A stretch of 62,918 nt of DNA, filler included, from Octopus bimaculoides (GCF_001194135.2; 6 parts of 6 records of this genome joined end to end with filler, not necessarily neighbours in it); one strand, 5' to 3'. Shown: positions 26,699 to 38,589, numbered from the whole stretch's first letter. Numbers and translations are program-made. The notes: generated by a model not told the origin, from the letters alone.

Positions 26699-27345
26699 TA
26701 TTAGGTTGTTCTGAAAATAATGGCCGATTTCAAAAACAATTTTATTCTGGAAAAATTAACAACAGAAATGTTTTGATTCGTCAAAGTATGATCCGTGAAC
26801 ATCTAAGCATTTCTGCCATCGATCAACGAGATTATTTATGCCTCGTCGATAAAATATTGGCTTTGAAAGCTGGTTTGAACCTGAAAGTTTTTTCACTTCA
26901 AAAAAATTGCTTTAAAAAATGGTAGTCAGTGACTGAAAGATCAGGAGAATATGGAGGATGTGGTAAAGTCTCGTATCCCAAGTCTGTGAGTTTCTGCAGC
27001 GCCATTCTTGCAACATGTGGCTTTGCCATGTTTAAAGATTTATCAGTCGTGGAACAAAATCGGGCCACGCCATTTCACCAATGCAGGCCTCATTTTTGGC
27101 AAGTGAGCAAGTATTTCAGTGAGTTGATTGCTGTAAACCTCTGCTGTAATGCTCTGATTAGCTTCCAGAAAGCTGTAATGGACAACACCAATTGCAGACC
27201 CCCAGGCAGTCACCATAATCTTTTGCTAATGCAATTTTGGCTTTGGGAAATGTTTAGGGGACTCATCACGATCAAGCCATTGATCTGATCGTTTATGGTT
27301 ATAATAAAGGATCCATTTTCGTCACAAGTGACTATTCGGTTATTT
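26699..27345 (-). mobile_element. Mariner transposase 3' half with one TIR
   Basis: RIVTCDE, KPHVARM...LPHPPYSPDL and LVDRWQKC; TA-ttaggttg terminus at 26699. Confidence 0.85.
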
Positions 27346-27899
27346 AAGATTACCGTATTTGCCGGGAGATTGGATACGGTAATCTTCAATAAATTGTATC
27401 TATTATAAAAGAAAAAAGTAGGGGGTGATCACGGCTAGAATGTCTCTTTATCATAGGTCAACCTTATCTCTATAAATCTGAATTAAGACGACAAAACTTG
27501 GTTTCGGTTACGTTAAATACAATATTTCAAACTGAATAGAAGACGTGAATAATTATTCAAGGGAGGTCACTCTTAAAACCTTTTCTGTAGTTAACTCCCT
27601 TCAAATTTTATTTGTTCTTATTTAATCAATAAATCGTATTTTAAATAGATATCCCTGTAAAATTAGGTGGTTAAACTTTGAGATGAGGAGTAAACTGACC
27701 CTATTTTAATTTTTTTTATACCAGGAATTGTTTATTAATAGAACAGTTGATAAACCTTGAAAGGTATTGTTTGAGTAACTAATTAGGCTGGGTTAAGTTG
27801 CGAATATTAACATTTCTACTTGAAATCCTGCCCAGATAGACTCTGACGTTTTTTGCTAAAATTTAAGAGCCGTCATCCCGGTGCTAAAGTTAGGAGGGT

Positions 27900-28462
27900 A
27901 CTTTTTGGTTATCTCACCCCCATTAATAAATTGGGTTATCTCTCCCCGTTTTATGAGAAATATCGGTACTTTTGGTTATCTACCGCAACTAAAAAAAATT
28001 GAGCTGTGGATAGAAAATACTATGATCAACGGAATTGTTAAACCCTGTTTACTTCGATCATGCTATTGTAAACCTATGGCTAATCCACTGGTAATCTGTA
28101 GTGACTCAGCGATGTCCAGTACTACCGAAATCAACATCCTCGTGGCAGACTTAGAGTAATGAGGAACGTATCCCCACTATGCCAACCACAACAACGACAA
28201 CAAAACATCCAGCACCATATATTCCGAATGCAACGTTCCGGATACACACAGCATGATAGAATCAGGGTGTACAATGGAGCGAAAACAAAATTCGAACGCA
28301 TCCTAAGAGATGCTGAAAACGGTATATAGCCCCTATACCGCAACAAGTTCTGGAATAGGTTAGAGGGGGAGGCCAACAAAAGAAATAAGAACGATACTTG
28401 GTATGATAACAAGAAGTTTCACAGTGTAATGTTTGTTGATGCTACACCTAAGAACGTATTAA
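27900..28462 (+). mobile_element. Penelope-like element remnant, RT thumb/linker region (different subfamily)
   Basis: ELWIEN...YCKPMANPLVICSDSAM..., then after a frameshift RVMRNVS...RMQRSGY...PLYRNKFWNR...WY...SVMFVDATP; runs into a gap. Confidence 0.75.
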
Positions 28463-30029
28463 NNNNNNNNNNNNNNNNNNNNNNNNNNNNNNNNNNNNNN
28501 NNNNNNNNNNNNNNNNNNNNNNNNNNNNNNNNNNNNNNNNNNNNNNNNNNNNNNNNNNNNNNNNNNNNNNNNNNNNNNNNNNNNNNNNNNNNNNNNNNNN
28601 NNNNNNNNNNNNNNNNNNNNNNNNNNNNNNNNNNNNNNNNNNNNNNNNNNNNNNNNNNNNNNNNNNNNNNNNNNNNNNNNNNNNNNNNNNNNNNNNNNNN
28701 NNNNNNNNNNNNNNNNNNNNNNNNNNNNNNNNNNNNNNNNNNNNNNNNNNNNNNNNNNNNNNNNNNNNNNNNNNNNNNNNNNNNNNNNNNNNNNNNNNNN
28801 NNNNNNNNNNNNNNNNNNNNNNNNNNNNNNNNNNNNNNNNNNNNNNNNNNNNNNNNNNNNNNNNNNNNNNNNNNNNNNNNNNNNNNNNNNNNNNNNNNNN
28901 NNNNNNNNNNNNNNNNNNNNNNNNNNNNNNNNNNNNNNNNNNNNNNNNNNNNNNNNNNNNNNNNNNNNNNNNNNNNNNNNNNNNNNNNNNNNNNNNNNNN
29001 NNNNNNNNNNNNNNNNNNNNNNNNNNNNNNNNNNNNNNNNNNNNNNNNNNNNNNNNNNNNNNNNNNNNNNNNNNNNNNNNNNNNNNNNNNNNNNNNNNNN
29101 NNNNNNNNNNNNNNNNNNNNNNNNNNNNNNNNNNNNNNTATGTGAAAGATAATTCATTTTGATAATATGCTCTTCTGTTAGTAAATGTTTTTCCTTACAA
29201 ATACACACTCACAGTCGCTTGGTGTAGTTGTGGAGGGGGAGAGAAATTATTTATAAAACCTTTTTTTTTTTGTTGCTTAAATCCCAGCAATGGACCGCCC
29301 TTGGGTGCATCATCATTCTATTAGATGTCTTTATGGAGAGAAAAATATTGAAAAGCATTAATACATGTCAAAGTGACCAAAACCGAGGAAGGATTCAGGT
29401 GGTCGTGGGAGGTGGTAAAAACAACTAAATCCTCCTTAAATCTCACACCTTTTAGTTTGAAAATTATTTTGAAATTATAAACAGAAGTAAAAGCAGTTCG
29501 TATTTCAAAACTATGATTATAAAAGAAATTTCGATAAAGGAGTTACATAACAACATGCAACTAATTCGTCTCACCGTATACATCAGCTGTCTAACACAGG
29601 TAGAATGTTAATTAATAAAGGTGTAAACCAATGTCCAACACATGACGTGGGGGGGGGGGGGCTCTCGTTCAATTTAAAGGTCATTGCTGATTTTATTTAT
29701 TTAAAGATTCCCTCATTTCCTGCCCCCTAATTACACCCATAAAAGGGATTAGATTATATTTCCTCTTTTAATGAGGTCCACTTTTAGAGAGAGAGAGAAA
29801 GAAAGAGGGAGAGAGAGAGAGAACGTGTGTGTGTGTGTGTGTGTAATAGAGTGACTGAGTGGTTGTATTGTAGGGTGTTGTGTTGCTGTGGGACAACAGT
29901 TATGTACATTAACAGGTGTATCCCTTCACTCGTCATCGATACCCCATGGTAGGATTTCGGTTCTGCTGTTACCATGACAACCCATTACATGGTATAAATC
30001 GAAGTCCGTACTTGACTGACACTTTATTT

Positions 30030-30463
30030 GGTCAAACTAAACTGTTTGATCCGAGCAAAAATAGTGCAATAGGTGTACAACATGTAGTAAACGAATATGA
30101 AAAAAAAACAATGCGCGCTGGCGAACGGGGGGCGGGGGAGAGGACTAGGAAAATTCTCATGGGGAATGTTCCCGAGTCCTCTCACCACTTCCCCGTCCGT
30201 CGACGAAACTCCTTTTCTTCATTCTACACATTTTGTTTTACACCTAGTACACTATTTTTTTTTTTCAATTTTTGTGACGGGATGTTAAACGTTGAGTTTT
30301 CGGATCCTGTGAGATCGTGTGAATTTTCCGACTCCTCTCCCCCACCCCCTGTTCGCCAACGCGCATTGCTTTTTTTTCTTTTTTCATCTTCGTTTACTAC
30401 ATGTTGTTTTACACCAGTTACACTTTTTTTCTTTCTGCTCGGCTTAAACACTTTAGTTTGACC
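30030..30463. mobile_element. MITE-like foldback element with ~130-bp arms, upstream of GrpE
   Basis: 30030-30157 and 30320-30463 are reverse complements (ggtcaaactaaa ... caatgcgcg.tggcgaac.ggggg.gggggagagga). Confidence 0.7.
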
Positions 30464-30666
30464 CTTGTGGAATAAAAGGTGAAGCTGACCTCCACAGGAT
30501 TTGAAATCAGAGCTTTTAGCAGTCGTAAAAAATACGGAGAGATGTTATATTCACTCCGCGCCGTATTTATTTAATTATTTAACTGTAATAAATTGAAATT
30601 TCCGGGTAATTAGAGCAACATGAATTAACAGATTGAAATTAACATTCAGGGGAGATAAGTGTCGGT

Positions 30667-30691
30667 CATGTGACACTTGACGTCACTTCCG
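30667..30691 (+). promoter_or_regulatory. GrpE proximal promoter: E-box-like CATGTG plus overlapping CRE (TGACGTCA 30678-30685) and ETS core (ACTTCCG 30685-30691)
   Basis: Motifs read directly, ending 13 nt upstream of the ATG in a locally CpG-rich patch. Confidence 0.6.
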
Positions 30692-30703
30692 TTTTTCCCC
30701 ATC

Positions 30704-30804
30704 ATGTCGTCCTACATGTCGTCCAGAATTTCTCTGAATTGTCGTCATCTCCCGCGATATTTCTTCAACTCGACCAAACTAAATCCACCCGGATTCACTC
30801 TTAG
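30704..30804 (+). CDS. GRPEL1: Mitochondrial GrpE nucleotide-exchange factor, coding exon 1 (presequence-like)
   Basis: ATG at 30704 reads MSSYMSSRISLNCRHLPRYFFNSTKLNPPGFTL, S/R-rich with no acidic residues. It ends AG|gtaagt. 101 nt (phase 2) joins in frame to the exon at 34112 (AG+A = Arg). Confidence 0.85.
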
Positions 30805-33582
30805 GTAAGTCCACACAAATTATATTCACATTTCATTGCCGACATGTTACCAAGCCGATCGACCTGCTAGAAATAGTAACCAAATCACATCCTATTGTCT
30901 TTAAAGGAGAGCATTAAACAATGTATTCCTTGGTGTACTGTGTCTGAAGAGACTTGATCGTCACGGTTGGAACGCCATTGATTATATGTCTGCTCAATCG
31001 GGGCTGACCTGGTTAAACAAAGAAGGACATCAGATGGTATTGTTAGGTAAACGGGATGGTCATTGTTGGAACGCTCACTCTGGCTGGTCAGGAGTTACAT
31101 AACAACATGCAACTAATTCGTCTCACCGTATATATCAGCTGTCTAACACAGGTAGAATGTTAATTAATAAAGGTGTAAACCAATGTCCAACACATGGCGT
31201 GGGGGGGGGAGGCTCTCGTTCAATTTAAAGGTCATTGCTGATTTTATTTATTTAAAGATTCCCTCCCTTCCTGCCCCCTAATTACACCTATAAAAGGGTT
31301 TAGATTCTCTGACCTCTTATTTCCAACCTTTCCCATTCGCAGCGTGTTTCTGTTGATTTGTTTACGTAATACTCCCCTCCCTCCCTCTCTCTCTCTCTCT
31401 CTCCTTGTGGGTGTGTGTACACACACACACCCTGTATTACACACAGTGATTGGTGCCCTTGAGAAAGGTGTGAACGTCCCAAGTTCCTGTCCCCACCCCT
31501 CCTACAACTATCCCACTTCTATCGTTGACCTCAATGAATGATGAAATCAGGATGTAATCTTTCTGCTTAAAACTTCTTCTTCAATGCCTGTCCGTCCGCT
31601 CCAGTTCCGATTAATTTAATGCCCACCACGTGTATTTCTCGAATTATCAATGTCTGACTAATTCCAGACAAAAATCTCTCAAAAGTATTAATAAACCGAT
31701 TTTATGTTGTATATTTATTTCGTTGTTTTATTAAATAATATTAAATGATATCCTTCTTATAAATGTGCTTTTATTTCCATTCGTCATTGTTGCTTCCAAC
31801 TCCTTTATTTAGATTTTAATTAATTAACATGTCTCATTCGGTGGCTGTTTCCCCATTCACCGACGCAACGAGATTACTCTCACACCCACCCACCTCGTCC
31901 CCAATTATTGTATTGTTTATCTCTGATTATTTAGCCTCGCTGTCAACATAGACCCCACGATGGCCTTTCCAGTAGTTTGGGATGGGTTTCGAACCGAGAC
32001 ACTTCATTGTTTTTTTCCCTTAATTAATGTCCGATTATCAAGTTGGTCTCATTCTGTAAACTGTGACCCGGCGCTTGGTGTCAGCCACTTCACGCCACAC
32101 GGCCGTCACTCAGTCTACGTCTTTCAGTTTTTTTTTATTTTAAATTTTCTGAAAATGATTTCAATTTCAGGAAATATGTTATTAGCTGTCAGTAGCCAAA
32201 GAATCGACAGGCCAGCAACAGGCATGCAGACAGACAGATACTTCACTAGCAGGCAGTGAGCACTTTCACTTCTGACAGCTAATAGCATGATAGTGCCCTG
32301 ATTCGTTTTCACGTAGTCGCAGATCTCGAATGCGTGAAAATGTGTCTTTTAAAGCGTTTCAACCGTAACCATCCCGACTTTTCAGAGCGTTCCAGTAGTG
32401 GTCATCTCCTCTTTTAAAACCTTTCCAGCCATGACATAATTGTCGTTTTTAAGCCCGGATCTTCCTTACGTGACATCCTACCATCGTTTCGCTCAAAAGA
32501 TATCATGAATAATGTAGTGTGCGGCATATCACTCCTGGTAATTAGATGGGATACTCTATCCTGCTCACCCCTCTCTATTCCACAACAGAACACTTGTGAT
32601 CATCTTCTGTTGTTATTTTTGTTTAGCCCCAGGCCAACCCTTGCTGATCAAAGACAATCCATCAGTGACCATCCTGTCCTAATCCTAGCCACACTACACC
32701 CTACACCATATCCAGTGTATGTTGTAAGATAACAGTGTAATTTGAGGGAGATATTGGCTACTATTTCTGTCGGGTTTATTCACAACATAGACATTTCCTT
32801 GTCGGTTGAACTTTTTATGTCAATAAAGCAGAATGAAGATGTGGTCTTCAAGGCCTAACAATAACCATTGCCATGAGTCACTGCAAGTCTGTACCAAGAA
32901 AGATAACTGTGTCTGTGACCGCTGTAGCGATTGTCTCCTTTGGTTCACGTCTGAACTTCCTATAATATAAAGTTGTATCTTAATTTAAATCTAAATCTTA
33001 TATATATCGCCTGATGTGTGTATATTTATATATATCCCCTGTACACTATCAGTTAACAGAATATATATAGATCTCTATTTCGAGCTGTGAATTGGCTGAT
33101 ATCCTTTGAATGGAATTTGTTTGAGGGAAACTGTTTGAAAGTCTGTCATGTATGTGTGTATGAAGGTTTATATGTGTGTTGTGTTAGAAAGGTGTTTTGC
33201 ACACACACACACACACACCCTTCACTAAATATCGTTTGTTGCAAGTTTGGAGAGTCAGATGTGGAATTGTGATGGAGTTAATTCAAGTTGATTGCTGGAC
33301 AAGTGTTGGTTATGAGGTCATTACAGAGGCAGCAGAGGAGGCAGTCGGGCTGTGAGTCACAGGTGGGAGTATGTCAGAAACGGCTATTTAAGAGGAGACC
33401 TAAAGTCTATGAGGCACGTTGTGGATTGAAGCTTAGAAATAGAAATGGAGATGACAGTAAGATGGAGGCTTTTCGAGCGGATATCATCATCATCATCATC
33501 AACACCATTAGTTATAATTTTTTTAACCCCTCCTCATTCTGACCCCTTTAATCATTCTCCATTTATACCTGCTACTTTCTCA

Positions 33583-33820
33583 GGCATATGGCGTAGTGCT
33601 TAAGAGCAGGAGCTACTAACCCCAAGACTCCGAGTTCGATTCCAGGCAGTGACCTGAATAATAATAATAATAATAACATCAAAAAATACCTTAGGAATGA
33701 GAACACAGGTTTGAAATTTCCCCCAAAACACCTGATGAAAGCTGGAGGGTATATCAGCCGAAACATTGTGTTAACAACAAACAAGATGAGGACAAATATC
33801 CGTCAAATGTAAATAATGTT
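33583..33820 (+). mobile_element. tRNA-headed SINE carrying a minimal hammerhead motif (copy A, in GrpE intron 1)
   Basis: A box TGGCGTAGTGC, B box GAGTTCGATTCC (33632-33643), (AAT)n, then acac-CTGATGA(33732)-a-aGCTG-gagggtatat-CAGCc-GAAAC(33760)-att-gtgt. Confidence 0.8.
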
Positions 33821-34111
33821 TACAGTTTTTTGAGTTAGCATGTTGTTGGTTCTTAAAAGATTGTTGTTACGTTCTGTGTGGTTGCTGCCTTTCGTTTCAA
33901 TTATATTGTTATTACACTGTTGCAGTGGATTCGTTTATCTATAGAGATATAACAAAAACAATTTTTAAAAACGTAAAAGTTGAATTTGAAGATAATTTAT
34001 TTTCATGATTTGTGGATGGTGGGGTGACCTGCTGACCATGGCCAATATATGACACTGACCTCCTCTCGTCAAAGGTTAATGATCACTAATTTATGATGGT
34101 TTTACTTTCAG

Positions 34112-34280
34112 AATTGGTCATCAGTTTTCTGCTGCAGCTGAATCAAATAAAGTCGCTGAAGGAAACAGCACCACAACAGCTGCGCCCCCTCCTGGGGCTG
34201 CAGACGCTGTACATAACGAACTGAATAAAGAGTTGCTGGAAGCAAATAAGAAATTAACAGAAGACGTCAAGAAAATGAAG
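34112..34280 (+). CDS. GRPEL1: Mitochondrial GrpE, coding exon 2
   Basis: Acceptor tttactttcag| and donor AAG|gtagtt. 169 nt (1+168) reading IGHQFSAAAESNK...KELLEANKKLTEDVKKMK, phase-compatible with both neighbouring exons. Confidence 0.9.
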
Positions 34281-34504
34281 GTAGTTGTTGTTGTAGCCAC
34301 TGGTTACTTTTCAGCTGACCTTTATTGTTATGAGGTGGGCCTTGGTCAGCGGTCAGCTGATGTCCTGTGCTATAGCCAGGGCTTGAACAATACCTTGAAA
34401 CTAATGACAAGGTATTGGTCAACCTTATCAGAAGGAAACTAGAAAAAGCCCTTCTATATATACATGCCTGTATGTATGTATATAAATATATGTATATATA
34501 GGTT

Positions 34505-34810
34505 CAGGAGTGGCTGTGTGGTAAGATTCCAGGTTCAGTCCCACTGCATGGCACCATGGGCAAGTGTCTTCTACTGTAGCCTCAGGCTGACCAAAGCAAT
34601 GGTGGATGGAAACTGAAAGAAGCACCCATCATGTGCTTGTCCCCCTCCCCACCACTGCTTGATGACCAGTGTTGGTGTGTTTATTTCCCTGTAACTGAGC
34701 AGTTCGACAAAAAAGACCAATAGAATTAGTACTGGAATTGGTTCAATCACCTAAAAATTCTCAAAGGTGGTGCTCCAACATGGCTACAGTCTAATAACTG
34801 AAACAAGAAA
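34505..34810 (+). mobile_element. Composite tRNA/CORE-type SINE with a LINE-like tail (GrpE intron 2)
   Basis: Same head and CORE as the copy at 23993, plus the tail ggtggtgctccaacatggctacagtctaataactgaaac. Confidence 0.75.
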
Positions 34811-35778
34811 ACAATGTGTGTATGTCTGTGTATATATTTGTGTGTGAACTGATTGTAAAGAAAAGTGTTGTCATCTTAGAATGTCCATTTTTTTCATGGC
34901 TCACATAGAATTTGTTGAGATTGATTTTCTACAGCACGGTGCCTTTCCTGTTACCAACTCTCACCTGTTTTAAAGCAATGTAATATCCTCTCTCTCCCCT
35001 CCCCCCTCGGAGTGAGGGGCAGAAGACTAGAAATGAACCACATTGCTTGTACGATGCTCATGTTCATTTACAAGCATCACTTGGTTTCAAGACAAAAATA
35101 CTCGCATGCACACACACACACACACCATTTAACGTGGACTGTATTAAAATAAAAGCTACAATAATTTCTTGTCATTAACACATTTACTTTGGCAAATTTT
35201 TTATAATATGCCTTGTTTCCAAGCAATCTTCATGCTCTGACCCTGTCTCTCAATGGCAAGAGACTCTTAGGAGTTCTTATTTAATACAATGCACATTAAA
35301 CGTTATTTATCTCCGCTGATGGAATACGTTTTTGTTGATCTCACCTTAACGGAACAGTAATATATGTATACACATACGTACATACATGCGTGCATCCATG
35401 CACAGCGCACATGCATACACATACGTGCGCACACACACACAACTGGTTTCTTTCAGTTTCCATCTATCAAATCCACTCACAAGGCTGTGGTAGGCCCACA
35501 CCTATTTACTGTTCATACAGATGGTGTCCCATATTTATAGTCTTCCATGAAGGAATGTCCAGGTTGTTTGTTGTTTGTAAGCTGGGTTAGTCTCATTTGA
35601 TCCATGCAGAGATGGAAAAGTAGAAGTTAAATGGATGATGATTAGGGTAGCTAAAGACTTAATGAAGTATATTAATTAGTGTAGCAAAAGAGTTAATGTA
35701 GTTTTTAATTAGTGTAGCTAATTGTTTCATGAATATATTAATTATCATTGCTTTTAATTGTTTCTTTTTTTTTTTCAG

Positions 35779-36207
35779 GACAAATACTTGTTAGCACTGG
35801 CAGAAAGTGAAAATGTTCGAATGAGGATGAATAAACAGATCCAAGATGCCAAATTATTCAGCATCCAAGGCTTCTGTCGAGACCTCTTTGAGGTGGCAGA
35901 TATTTTGACCAAAGCTACTGAATCAGTGCCAAAGGAAGAATTAGAGAGGAACCAGCATCTAAAACATTTATTTGAAGGTTTAACCATGACAGAGAGTCAA
36001 CTCCAGAAAGTGTTTAATAAACACGCCATTGAACAGATCATACCAAAAGAAGGGGACAAATTTGACCCCTACCTCCATGAAGCCATGTTTGAAGTGAGTT
36101 GTGAGGGCAAAGAAGCGGGGACAGTAGCAACCCTCACAAAATTAGGCTACAAGCTGCATAATCGAACTGTCAGACCAGCAGTAGTTGGTGTTTATAAGGC
36201 AATGTAA
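35779..36207 (+). CDS. GRPEL1: Mitochondrial GrpE, terminal coding exon (GrpE domain)
   Basis: Poly-T/cag acceptor, then DKYLLALAESENVRMR...FDPYLHEAMF...GYKLHNRTVRPAVVGV*, with recognisable GrpE motifs. AATAAA at 36296-36301. Confidence 0.97.
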   Translation, partial: DKYLLALAESENVRMRMNKQIQDAKLFSIQGFCRDLFEVADILTKATESVPKEELERNQHLKHLFEGLTMTESQLQKVFNKHAIEQIIPKEGDKFDPYLHEAMFEVSCEGKEAGTVATLTKLGYKLHNRTVRPAVVGVYKAM

Positions 36208-36864
36208 AAAAATCTGTAGAATGATTAAAAACAATATGTGGGTGGGGAAGGGAGTGGACAAGGGGAGGGGTTGTTGGTTGCCACAAAAATTGTTCAATAA
36301 ATTTGTTCCCCTTTTTTTTCTGCTAATGAGAAAATGATGCGGGAGATATAATTTAAAGAAGCCATTTCGGTGAGAGTGAAGTGGGAAGAGTCTGTTAATT
36401 GATATTTTACAAGTAAAAGTGATTTCTTCTATAAATACTTGTCTGTTTATTGATTTTAGGATTATTGATTTCATCATCATCATCATCACCAACAAGGGGA
36501 AGGGGCTGTTGTAACTGACTGAGTAGTTGGAGTGGGAGAGAGAAAGTCATAAACGAACAAGGAATTACAGTTTGACCCCTAAAACAGTAATAGCAGTTTC
36601 CAACTGCTCCTGCTACTTGGGTTGGCAGAATTGTTAGAAAATGCAACAAAATACCTTGTAATGTTTAGTAACAGACACATTCTGAATTCAGAAAGTGTTG
36701 TTCAAAGGTAGCTTTGCCTTTCCTACTTCCAGGGTCCAAAGGTAACTTTGTCTTCCCTACTTCCACGGTTGTTTCAGCATAATTACCTGTCAAAAACTGG
36801 GGAAAACATAGTTGACTCCCCCCTCTTTCTCCAACATCTCTCGCCTGTCCCTAGGTTATGACTG

Positions 36865-37172
36865 GTACTCTGTCAGTGACGATGACAAGTGTTTCAGTTT
36901 GCCCAATCAACAGAGCAGCCCAGTCAAGTGGCTGAGTTCTCGTCAGACATGCATTCATTTAACAGTTCTCAGGATGATCCAGCATTACACAGAATGTGAC
37001 AAGGTTGGCCCTTTTGAATTACAGGTACAATTTTTTTTTTTACCAGCTGAGTGGACTGGAGCAACGTGAAATAAAGTGTCTTGCTCAAGGACACAGTGCA
37101 CTGCCAGGAATTGAACTCATGACCTTGTGACTGAGCCAAACACCTTAACCACTGAACCACATTGCTACCATT
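36865..37172 (-). mobile_element. tRNA-derived SINE (CORE-like centre)
   Basis: Head gtggttcagtggttaagg...gagttcaattcctgg; central gtgtccttgagcaagacacttt. Confidence 0.7.
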
Positions 37173-38589
37173 TCTTCTTATGATTATTCGTAGTTATTGA
37201 TATGATTTGGTTTTAAGTTACACAAATTGTAACCAGAGACAGCAACGGACAGCAAAGTGTTGCATCCAAAGATGCTAACATGTGAGGTGCCATTGCAATT
37301 GAAAACACTGATGTCTNNNNNNNNNNNNNNNNNNNNNNNNNNNNNNNNNNNNGGGAGAGTGTTTCCAGAGAATATATGAGATAGCCATGGGCCATAAATA
37401 TGATCTTTTTGCAATTCACTTATGTTGGGGCTGCCAGGAAAATTCCAATCTCCAGGTCATTGTTATTATCATCATCATCATCATCATCATTATTATGTGT
37501 GATGTCAAGGCAACGAGCTGGCAGACAAAATGTTTAGCAGCATTTCATATTTATGTTCTGTGTTCAAATCCCACTGAGATCAACTTTGCCTTTCATCCTT
37601 TTAGGGTCAATGAAATAAGTACCAGTTACGCACTGGGGTCAGTGTAATTGACTTAAACTATTTGTTTGTCCCCTGTGTTCAGCCTCCCCCACCCGTGGGC
37701 AATAAAGAAATAAATATTACACACACACACACACACACTCAGCAGTGTTGACACAGTGGAATTGAACTCTGCTTGTAGACTGGCCATCTCCCCCAAACGG
37801 ACTCTGTTCCTGTTCTTCAAGGCAGTGAAACTGGCCAGACCGTTAGCTTGCTGGGCAAAATGCTTAGTGGCATTTCATGAGTTCAAATTCTGCTTAGGTC
37901 AACTTGGTCTTTCATCCTTTGGGGGTGGGGTGGGGGTCGATAAAATAAGTACCAGTTACACACTGGGGTTGATGTAATTCACACGATCCTACAGACCTAT
38001 CATCAAGGGGGTTCCAGCTATGACCTTCCTGACTTTATAACAATATTATCGAATGTGTCCTTCATTTCTAACTTTGTTCCAACTAATTTGACTTACTTTT
38101 AGTAAGTCAAGTAATCAGATAAAGGCTTCCTGTGGAATTTTCTATCGGTGCAATAGTAACACATAGTACGTCTATAGTATAAGGACATATAGAGTGTCTG
38201 TAGTATAGGTTCGATTAAAGTGTGGTTTGTGGCTTTGTTGATGCTCCATCATTGGCATAAAGCTTAACACACAACACAAATAGATTTGTGTCAATCCACT
38301 TAAAATAATCTACATTTTTACAAATTTAAGGATTGTTTCCCAACTCAAAACTTCATAATGGGAGTTACTTTGTGTATGTGTGTGTGTGTATCATTTAATA
38401 CACATAGGATTGAAATGTCTGTTTATTAAATGATATTTATCTCTTACTGGATGGAGTTTTTTTTTTTCAAGGAGGTTATGTTTTTGCCGGCGTTGGTTTG
38501 GGAAACTGGACAATTTCCAGCCTGTGTGTCTATGGATGGAAATGAGCTGCTTGGCGGAGGTCTGCACTCTCCGAGTGCTTTTCTAGTTT

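Larger units (their letters stand above)
29539..31306 (+). repeat. ~217-bp near-identical direct repeats (29539-29755 and 31091-31306)
   Basis: Both read ggagttacataacaacatgcaactaattcg ... ataaaaggg.ttagatt, with only about 7 differences by eye. Confidence 0.92.
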
